Shown here in pieces: positions 35,016 through 42,144 of a DNA stretch of 43,613 nt. The stretch lies in NCBI GenBank assembly GCA_030646805.1, contig JAUSKZ010000034.1, forward strand, positions 1-43,613, in the 5' to 3' direction. The notes under the pieces were generated by a model. The model was not told where the DNA came from. It made no database searches and worked only from the letters and a program-made list of their open reading frames with translations. The translations under genes and the position numbers were made by a program. Position 1 is the first letter of the stretch. Each line of letters begins with the position of its first letter. The stretch is from Candidatus Daviesbacteria bacterium (GTDB lineage Bacteria; Patescibacteriota; Microgenomatia; Daviesbacterales; UBA10151).

Positions 35016-36497
35016 TTATACTTCATTAATTTTCTCTAGAAATTCCGGATACCAAACATCAAATTTATTTTCTGGTAAAATTAATGCTTTGTCTGGCTGA
35101 AGTTCTTTAATAAACTCTTCAGTGTGACTAACTATTAGTATCGTACCTTTATACTCCTTAAGCACTTCAAGAATGATCCGCTGAGACATAACATCAAGGT
35201 AAGTTGTAGGTTCGTCAAGTATCAGGAGATTGTAATCATGAAGTAATAATTTTGCCATGGATAGACGAGTTTTTTCGCCTCCAGATAATGAACCTATTGT
35301 TTGAAAGACCTTTTCCCCGGGGAAAAGAAATTTCGCGAGCATTGATCGAACCATATTTTCTGGCAAGTTAAACTCCTCTCGAGTTGCTTCAATTAAGGTT
35401 TTATTTAAATCAAATGTCTCAAGTTCTTGAGAGTAATATCCTAGTTTAAGATTATTATCTCTTTGAATTTCACCAGAGTCGGGAGTAATTAAACCCACTA
35501 GTATCTTGATCAAGGTGCTTTTACCAGCTCCATTTGGTCCAATTAAGGCTATCCGTTCGCCACGTACTATTGAAAAGTTAATATTACTCAGTACTTCCTT
35601 CTCGCCATAAGATTTGCCAAGGTTAGTAACCCTAATTGGTAACTCTCCTACCCAAGAAGGGGTAGGTAAGTTTATTTTTATTTTTTTAACCTCTTGCGGC
35701 AGATCTGGTAAATTAATTTTTACTCTCTCTATTCTTCGTTGAAGCATAACTCTTTGCCTAACTCCTTTCTCGGATCTGTTTTTTCTCAAAATTTTCAGGC
35801 TTTCTTCCATCCTCTTAATATGTTTTTGCTCAACAACGATATGACGAGTTAGTAAAGCGTCTTTCTCCGCCTTAAGTTTAAGATATTTACTGTAGTTCAC
35901 TTTATATTCTTCAATTTTTCTATACTGAGTATTGATAGCTAATACTTTGTCAATATAACGGTCTAAAAGACTTATGTCATGTGAGATCAAAATTAGAGTC
36001 TTGGGATAAGAACTTAATAGATTCATTACCCACTTTTTTCCTTTTACATCAAGAAAATTTGTTGGTTCATCTAAAAGAAGTATGTCGGGTTCAACCAAAA
36101 GCGCTCTTGCCAAAGCCAACTTGGTTTTTTGTCCACCACTTAGGATCTTCGGCGAGGAGGTTAGATCGAGGTAGGAAAGTTCTAATCCCTCAAGCATTTT
36201 CCTAAGTTCGTAATCTCCTTTGGTATTATTTACATCTAAGTATTCCCTCACAGTTGCGCTCGCGTCCAATACTGGATCGTTTTTTACTTCTTGTGGAACT
36301 AATTCAATATTGCCAGTAATCTCAATCCTTCCTGCATTAGGCGTTTCTTTTCCAGTAAGTAAATTTAAAAGGGTGGTTTTACCAGATCCGTTAGGGCCAA
36401 CCAACCCAACTTTTTGGTTTTTCTCCACAGAAAAGACTACTTCGTTAAAAATAAGATTAGATCCGTGAGAAAATGATAGATTTTTAGCATTAATCAT
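35016..36497 (-). CDS. ABC-F family ATPase (two NBDs, no TM domain)
   Basis: Two Walker A motifs (GPNGSGKTT, GPNGAGKST), two signatures (LSGGQKT, LSGGEKT), two Walker B motifs (LLLDEPTN, LILDEPTT), and a basic helical interdomain linker. Confidence 0.9.
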   Translation of the reverse strand: MINAKNLSFSHGSNLIFNEVVFSVEKNQKVGLVGPNGSGKTTLLNLLTGKETPNAGRIEITGNIELVPQEVKNDPVLDASATVREYLDVNNTKGDYELRKMLEGLELSYLDLTSSPKILSGGQKTKLALARALLVEPDILLLDEPTNFLDVKGKKWVMNLLSSYPKTLILISHDISLLDRYIDKVLAINTQYRKIEEYKVNYSKYLKLKAEKDALLTRHIVVEQKHIKRMEESLKILRKNRSEKGVRQRVMLQRRIERVKINLPDLPQEVKKIKINLPTPSWVGELPIRVTNLGKSYGEKEVLSNINFSIVRGERIALIGPNGAGKSTLIKILVGLITPDSGEIQRDNNLKLGYYSQELETFDLNKTLIEATREEFNLPENMVRSMLAKFLFPGEKVFQTIGSLSGGEKTRLSMAKLLLHDYNLLILDEPTTYLDVMSQRIILEVLKEYKGTILIVSHTEEFIKELQPDKALILPENKFDVWYPEFLEKINEV

Positions 36498-36503
36498 TCA
36501 CGT

Positions 36504-36532
36504 ATTATCTATTTTTTAAGATAGGAGATCAA
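36504..36532 (-). promoter_or_regulatory. TTGATC-N17-GATAAT promoter for the ABC-F gene
   Basis: Read on the minus strand. The -10 ends 6 nt before ATG 36497. Confidence 0.5.
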
Positions 36533-36680
36533 ATAGTGTCTAGTCTCCGATGCATCTAGAATGGTTTAAGTTAAAATCAAAGATACATGCGCACTTTGGT
36601 GACGCGAGCAGTACTTCGCTTCGCCCAACCAGCGCTATTAGTTGATAACTCTAGGTTTTTTTGTAGTATACTCTCAAATT

Positions 36681-36776
36681 ATGCTGAAGAAATCCCAAGA
36701 AAAACTAGTTTTTGTTACTAGGAACTTAAATAAGGTTGATGATGCTCAAAAATTAATGCCGAGGAACACTTGTTAA
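36681..36776 (+). pseudogene. possible 31-aa remnant of a HAM1/RdgB-type NTP pyrophosphatase N-terminus
   Basis: MLKKSQEKLVFVTRNLNKVDDAQKLM resembles the family N-terminus (k-i-v-f-a-T-G-N-x-x-K-x-x-E). It terminates where the convergent aminotransferase gene ends. Weak. Confidence 0.25.
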
Positions 36777-38053
36777 ATGGCCTCCTGAATACTTTTATTT
36801 AACATTGATATTGCTTCCTCGAATTCATCGACGCTCATAAAAAAACTTGGAGATAATTTAATGTAATCACCTTTAATGCCAGCTGTTTGAATTATAAGAT
36901 GATTATCAAAAGCTTTTTCTCTAACTTTTTGAGCCAAGCCCTTATTTTTTTGAGGGTCTTGGTTATCATAACCAAGTTTGAATCTTAAAGCCATCCCATT
37001 TCCATCAATACTACTTACTACTGGAAAATGGCCTAATTTATTTAGAATATGAAGCATTATATCTCCATTTGATTTGACAGTTTTCTCTAAACTTATTTTT
37101 TGAGCATATTCCAATGTTCGATTAGCAATATATATACCAAATAAATTGCCGGAGAATGTAGAGTCAAATCCTGGCGCGGATAAATCTATTGACTCAAAAA
37201 AATTTTGAGTAGCGATTAGCGCACCTAAAGGGTAATATCCCCCAGCTAAAGATTTGCCCACTAAAACTATGTCCGGTTGTAATTGTGACTGTGTATGATT
37301 GTAGAAAGTTCCAGTTCTATATACAGCGGTTTGAATCTCATCACAAATTGAGACAACCCTATACCTATTTATTAGAGATATTAAATCTTTTAAGAACCCA
37401 TCTGGAGGTGAGATAAAACCAGCTGCTCCCTGTATAGGTTCAAATATGACAGCTGCAGTATCTTCTTGGTGTGACCTTAGATAATCATCTAGGGATGATA
37501 ATGCAGAACTTGCATCAAGTTTAGATTGGGTTGACTTGCGATCAGGGAAAGGAAAAGATATAGACTCTCCTGGTAATGGTTTAAATTGTTTTTTATTAAC
37601 AAAATGTTCATCAGTAGATAGCATAGCTCCAAAACTATATCCATGAAAGCCACCTTTAAAGGAAATAATTCCTGATTTTTTTGTATGTGCACGAGCTAAT
37701 TTAACTGCCGCATCGACTGTTTTAGAACCGCCAATTGGATAGTAGACAAGCCTATTAGGGCCAGGCTCTAAATAAGTAATAAGCTGACGATCTAAGTGGT
37801 CTCTAGAAGTAGAAGTAAACGCAACGACGTTATCATATAACGATGCTGCCTCAATAACAAAATTCTGAATATTTGGATTCGCGTGTCCAAAGTTTGCAGA
37901 ACTATACCCCATTATCAAATCAATGTAAGGCTTACTATCATCTTCGAACCAAACCTTATGTCCACTTGCTAAAGCTACCCTTTTGTGAGGGTCATAGTTG
38001 GCTGTTTCCTCAATAGGATTATGCGTAAGTTCCGTCTCTGGCCTTTTAAGCAT
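36773..38053 (-). CDS. class III PLP-dependent aminotransferase
   Basis: GGSKTVDAAVKLAR, FHGYSFGA, ICDEIQTAVYRTG, and the Schiff-base lysine context VLVGKSLAGGYYPLGA. Confidence 0.9.
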   Translation of the reverse strand: MLKRPETELTHNPIEETANYDPHKRVALASGHKVWFEDDSKPYIDLIMGYSSANFGHANPNIQNFVIEAASLYDNVVAFTSTSRDHLDRQLITYLEPGPNRLVYYPIGGSKTVDAAVKLARAHTKKSGIISFKGGFHGYSFGAMLSTDEHFVNKKQFKPLPGESISFPFPDRKSTQSKLDASSALSSLDDYLRSHQEDTAAVIFEPIQGAAGFISPPDGFLKDLISLINRYRVVSICDEIQTAVYRTGTFYNHTQSQLQPDIVLVGKSLAGGYYPLGALIATQNFFESIDLSAPGFDSTFSGNLFGIYIANRTLEYAQKISLEKTVKSNGDIMLHILNKLGHFPVVSSIDGNGMALRFKLGYDNQDPQKNKGLAQKVREKAFDNHLIIQTAGIKGDYIKLSPSFFMSVDEFEEAISMLNKSIQEAI

Positions 38054-38141
38054 AGCTTTAGTTACTTACAAATATCGTATAGTATAGCACTCAGATAATC
38101 ATATCTAGATTTGTAAAATTAAAGTTAGTTACATTTTTGTC

Positions 38142-38147
38142 TATAAT
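38142..38147 (+). promoter_or_regulatory. TATAAT -10 box for the ATP-grasp operon
   Basis: Consensus hexamer 7 nt before ATG 38155. No good -35 seen. Confidence 0.45.
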
Positions 38148-38154
38148 CTCAACA

Positions 38155-39159
38155 ATGGAAATTTTAATTCTTTTTAATATTGCTAAAGAGCTCAAAAAAG
38201 GCAAGCCATCTGATTTGGACTGTGAACAAGAGATAGGTATAATTGTTCCCCTTGTAAGTGAAATACTCAGGGGTAAAGGTTATCAAGTTAGCACCTTAGA
38301 AACGACCTATGATCTATGGGAGGATTTAAAACTATATAAAAAGAGAACAGACTTAGTATTAAATCTGGCAGAAGGGTTTGGAGGCACCAATGCAAATGAA
38401 CCACTAGTTCCGGCAATGCTAGAAGCTCTAGAGATCCCTTTTACAGGCGCCTCTTCTCGCAACATGCACTTTACTATGGATAAAGAGAAAACAAAATTAG
38501 TTCTCGCAAGTCACGGAGTTCCTGTGGCACCCCATCAGTTAGTTAGAAGTGATAAAGAGGTGATAAGAGATGATCTAAGATTTCCTTTGATTGTTAAGCC
38601 CGTAAGAGAGGAGGCAAGTGTTGGAGTTTATGCAGATAATGTTGTTTCATCTCAGGAGGACTTAGATAGGAAGGTTAGGGAAAGTTTGAGTTTATATAGT
38701 CAACCTGCATTAGTCGAGAAATTTATTACAGGAAGAGAGATCTCTGTAGGTATAGTTGGTAATGTTCCTAGTCTGCATATATTTCCTCCCTTAGAGTTTT
38801 TATTTATAGGTGCAAAATCGCCTCTAGAGAAAATAAGATCTTACGAATATAAGTGGGGAGGTAAAAAAGAACAGATGGTAAAAGCAGAATTACCTGAGAT
38901 ACTTGTTAATCAACTCAAAAGATACACAGAGATAGCATTCAGGGAAACTGATTGTAGAGACTATGCAAGGATGGATTTTAGACTAGATAAGAATGATAAT
39001 CCCTACTTATTAGAAGTGAACTACAATCCGGGAATAGGTCCTAATACTCATGGTTTAAATAATACCTTAACAAGGATGGCTAGTTTTGAAGGTTTTGGGT
39101 TTGAGGATTTTATTGAATCAATAGTCCAATCTGCTGCCAGAAGATATGGCTTACTCTGA
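38155..39159 (+). CDS. D-Ala-D-Ala ligase-like ATP-grasp ligase
   Basis: LEALEIPFTGASS, FPLIVKPVREEASVGV, EKFITGREISVGIVGN, ARMDFRLDKNDNPYLLEVNYNPGI. I prefer the ATG at 38155 because TATAAT (38142-38147) overlaps the listed TTG at 38137. Confidence 0.85.
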   Translation: MEILILFNIAKELKKGKPSDLDCEQEIGIIVPLVSEILRGKGYQVSTLETTYDLWEDLKLYKKRTDLVLNLAEGFGGTNANEPLVPAMLEALEIPFTGASSRNMHFTMDKEKTKLVLASHGVPVAPHQLVRSDKEVIRDDLRFPLIVKPVREEASVGVYADNVVSSQEDLDRKVRESLSLYSQPALVEKFITGREISVGIVGNVPSLHIFPPLEFLFIGAKSPLEKIRSYEYKWGGKKEQMVKAELPEILVNQLKRYTEIAFRETDCRDYARMDFRLDKNDNPYLLEVNYNPGIGPNTHGLNNTLTRMASFEGFGFEDFIESIVQSAARRYGLL

Positions 39160-40486
39160 AAGATACAAGACGCTTATTGTGGCTAATACTGCTGAAGCTT
39201 TTTCAGGGCCGATAAGCTGTATTGCCAATACCAAACAGCGGGAAGATAGAATCCGAATAGAGAATATTTTATCTCAAAGAGCTATATTCTGGGAGGAAGA
39301 CAATAAAGTAGTCATCACTCCTCAATCAATACCGCAAGGGTTATTTGAGTATAATCGAAGAGTTCTAGGGTTAAAGAACACTCTTAATATCTCTCCTGAA
39401 TATCAAAGTCATAGCTTAAGCCAAAACATCCTCAATGACAAAGTATTGTTAAGAAATCTTAGTGATCTAATCCGTTCAAATCCAGGCATTCGGGTTACAG
39501 CGTATGCTTATACCAGAGAACTGAGAGATTTAATTAACTATTTAAGGAAACAAGAACTTGAATTCATTACTACTGAAGAACCGCAAAGTAATCTAGATTT
39601 AGTTTTGTATTTAGACTCTAAGTCTGGATTTAGATCTGTGCTGACTAATTTAGAAGGGGTAATGTTGCCTGAAGGATCAATATGTCAGGATGAGGAATCA
39701 ACAATTAAAAAAGCTGAGAAGTTTTTAAGAGACGGTAAATCATGCGTAATTAAGGCAAATACGGGAGAATCCGGCTGGGGTTTATTAATACTTAAGAAAG
39801 ACGATCCTTTGGTCGAAAAAGATGTCAAAGGCTTAGCTCGATCAGAGTTTAGGAATGATGGTATTTGGAACAGTAGACCATTCGTAGTGGAAGAATATAT
39901 TGATATTGATACAGCTATAGGTGGTGGCTCACCATCAACAGAACTGTTTATTTCTGATACTAATATAAAATTCGGGTATCATTGCGGTCAACTTTTTGGA
40001 AAAGAAGGCGAATTTAGTGGAATAATTATGGGTAAAGATGTCCTAGACAAATACATTACAAAAGAGATGACGAAGATGTCTCTGCTAATTGCAAAAAAAT
40101 ATCAGCAACTTGGTTATAGAGGATTTTTTGATATTGACTTTGCAGTTTCGAGAAGTGGTTTAATTTATGTACTCGAAACAAATACAAGAAGAACAGGTGG
40201 TACTCATATTTTTGATCTAGCCAAAAGAATTTTACAAGATAAATGGAAAGATTATACGATCTTGTCAAATGATTCATTTCGGTACGGAAAAGAAAAATCT
40301 CAGCCTGAGTTTATACTTCGACACATGGAGCCTTTTCTGTATTCTTTAGATAAAAGAGAAGGGGGCGTCGTCGTTACTCTTGTAGATAATATAGAACCGA
40401 TTATGGGTTATGCTATTCTAGCAAGATCCCAATCTGAGGCCGAAACAATCCAAAATGCTTTATTCGACTCATTTCCCCTCAAATAG
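39146..40486 (+). CDS. second ATP-grasp superfamily ligase with long N-terminal (pre-ATP-grasp-like) region
   Basis: CVIKANTGESGWGLLIL (ATP-grasp Lys strand), FVVEEYIDID, GFFDIDFAVSRSGLIYVLETNTRRTGGTH (E-x-N metal/ATP motif). 14-nt overlap with the upstream ligase gene. Confidence 0.7.
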   Translation: MAYSERYKTLIVANTAEAFSGPISCIANTKQREDRIRIENILSQRAIFWEEDNKVVITPQSIPQGLFEYNRRVLGLKNTLNISPEYQSHSLSQNILNDKVLLRNLSDLIRSNPGIRVTAYAYTRELRDLINYLRKQELEFITTEEPQSNLDLVLYLDSKSGFRSVLTNLEGVMLPEGSICQDEESTIKKAEKFLRDGKSCVIKANTGESGWGLLILKKDDPLVEKDVKGLARSEFRNDGIWNSRPFVVEEYIDIDTAIGGGSPSTELFISDTNIKFGYHCGQLFGKEGEFSGIIMGKDVLDKYITKEMTKMSLLIAKKYQQLGYRGFFDIDFAVSRSGLIYVLETNTRRTGGTHIFDLAKRILQDKWKDYTILSNDSFRYGKEKSQPEFILRHMEPFLYSLDKREGGVVVTLVDNIEPIMGYAILARSQSEAETIQNALFDSFPLK

Positions 40487-40526
40487 TATAATACTTGAGA
40501 TAATTTAAAATTTTGGAATTTTAAAA

Positions 40527-41039
40527 ATGGATAATAAAATTATGTTAGATATAAAACCTTTTCAGGAGACCCTTCATACAGGATATTGTGGTCCTGCCAG
40601 CCTCAAAATAGCCCTTTCTTATTATAATGTTGAAAAAGAGGAGAAAGAGTTAGCTGAGCTTTGCAATGTTTCAAAGGAGTTGGGTACAAATGATAAATCA
40701 TTAAAAAAGGCTGCAGAGGAGTTAGGGTTTAAAGTAGAGATCCAAAACTTTTGCGAATATAGTGACCTTGAAAGATGGCTTAGAAAAGGTGTGCCAGTAA
40801 TAGTTGATTGGTTTACCAGAGGCAGATCAGACTATAGTGATTCTGAGGTGGCTGATGGTCATTACTCGGTTGTTATAGGAATTGATGAAAAAAATATCTA
40901 TTTACAGGATCCTGAAATAGGGAGAACGCGAGCCATAAATAGAAAAGATTTTATGAGAGTCTGGTTCGATTTTGCTGGTGAGTGTATTGAATCCTGGAAT
41001 AAAATGATTATTAGACAGCTGATTGCTATTTATAAGTAA
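40527..41039 (+). CDS. stand-alone peptidase C39-like (papain-fold) cysteine peptidase
   Basis: Catalytic Cys context HTGYCGPASLKIALSYY. His context DGHYSVVIGID followed by YLQDP. 170 aa, with no ABC transporter fusion. Confidence 0.75.
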   Translation: MDNKIMLDIKPFQETLHTGYCGPASLKIALSYYNVEKEEKELAELCNVSKELGTNDKSLKKAAEELGFKVEIQNFCEYSDLERWLRKGVPVIVDWFTRGRSDYSDSEVADGHYSVVIGIDEKNIYLQDPEIGRTRAINRKDFMRVWFDFAGECIESWNKMIIRQLIAIYK

Positions 41040-41059
41040 GGAGGTTAAGCGCTGTCTTT

Positions 41060-42004
41060 ATGAATGAAAAAGTCACCCCTTATCTAAGGGATCTTGCTTT
41101 AAATAATCCTGCAATACAGCTTCAGTTTCATAGAAGCCCAGAAGAAGACGCGCTAAAAAGGTTTCAACTTGAGGACCCTTTAGAAGAGGATAAAAATGAG
41201 GTTGTAAAAGGATTAGTCCATAAGTATTCAAATAGAGCGTTAATAAAAGTCTCCCTTCGTTGTGCAGCCCATTGTCGATTTTGTACCCGCTACAGACAGA
41301 TAGGTTCAGCAGAGGGCGATTTAGAAGAGACAGATATTGATAATATGGCCACTTATCTTTCAAGTAACCCACAAATAGATGATGTCATCTTGTCAGGCGG
41401 AGATCCTTTGTATGCTCCAAAAACAACAATCAATATTCTTAAAAAGATAAGAGATATAAGTTCAATTAAAGTTTTTAGAGTTGGGACTAGATTACCGGTA
41501 CACAATCCTAGCTCCTTTGAATCCCCGCTTTTAAAAAGGACGGTTAATTTAATCGATGAGATTGGAGAAAAAAAACCTTTCTTTATGCTTATTAATTTTC
41601 AACATCCGAATGAACTTACAGAAGAAACTTTAAAAGTTGTTAGATCTCTTAGACGAAGAAATATAACTTTACTTTCTCAAACGGTATTTCTAAAAGGAGT
41701 AAACAATTCTGTAGATAATTTGATGGAACTTTTCCAAGGACTATATCATAACGGAGTAATCCCTTATTATATTTTCCGATGTGATTATGTAAAAGGAGTT
41801 GAACGTTTTGTATGTGACATCAAAGAGGAGCAAGAAATTATGACGCTATTGAGGAGTAGATTAAGTGGTATCGCCTGTCCAACATATGTGGTAGATGTTC
41901 CAGGACATGGTAAAATTCCCGTACCTTTAAGTTATTGGGATAACGTTGATCTAAGCCATTGCAGAGATTTTAAAGGGCAAGAAATTCCTTTAGATTACAG
42001 TTAG
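41060..42004 (+). CDS. KamA/EpmB family radical-SAM amino acid 2,3-aminomutase
   Basis: CAAHCRFCTRY (CxxxCxxC), LSGGDPL, and the PLP-lysine context VVDVPGHGKIPVP. AAGGAGGT SD at 41039-41046. Confidence 0.9.
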   Translation: MNEKVTPYLRDLALNNPAIQLQFHRSPEEDALKRFQLEDPLEEDKNEVVKGLVHKYSNRALIKVSLRCAAHCRFCTRYRQIGSAEGDLEETDIDNMATYLSSNPQIDDVILSGGDPLYAPKTTINILKKIRDISSIKVFRVGTRLPVHNPSSFESPLLKRTVNLIDEIGEKKPFFMLINFQHPNELTEETLKVVRSLRRRNITLLSQTVFLKGVNNSVDNLMELFQGLYHNGVIPYYIFRCDYVKGVERFVCDIKEEQEIMTLLRSRLSGIACPTYVVDVPGHGKIPVPLSYWDNVDLSHCRDFKGQEIPLDYS

Positions 42005-42144
42005 ACTACAGTTTTTAACAATAGAAAGAATAATCGTTACTCATGGTCTAAACCCTAAAAAATCGCTGTATCATATAGAGGGATTGCCGGATGCTAATGT
42101 TTATAGACAGGTTATAGCTCAGAATAGTATTGGAAGATGATTTT

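Noticed and set aside
173-36468. Numerous 60-157-aa ORFs antisense to or overlapping larger genes (e.g. 173..400-, 1100..1351-, 5775..6113-, 13898..14371-, 19165..19648-, 21207..21521-, 23804..24094+, 33380..34702-, 35981..36468+)
   Set aside because: All lie entirely inside longer ORFs that have clear family motifs. They have skewed, low-complexity composition and no promoter or start context. I treat them as shadow ORFs.
34998-36597. 11-nt inverted repeat AAAGTGCGCAT / ATGCGCACTTT flanking the ABC-F gene, plus AAAGTGC again at 42902
   Set aside because: It is too short. Many exact 11-mer inverted pairs are expected by chance in 43.6 kb. There is no transposase and no extended terminal repeat around them.
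36498-36680. Possible tRNA or small RNA gene in the 180-nt gap upstream of the ABC-F gene (GC-richer patch GGTGACGCGAGCAGTACTTCGCTTCGCCCAACCAGCGC)
   Set aside because: I could not fold a cloverleaf or find T-loop/D-loop consensus. The patch has only short imperfect complementarity. I left it unannotated.
41060-42004. Lysine fermentation pathway (KamA as the first step)
   Set aside because: The neighbourhood has no beta-lysine 5,6-aminomutase, 3,5-diaminohexanoate dehydrogenase or Kce/Kal-like genes. The neighbours are ligases and hydrolases instead.
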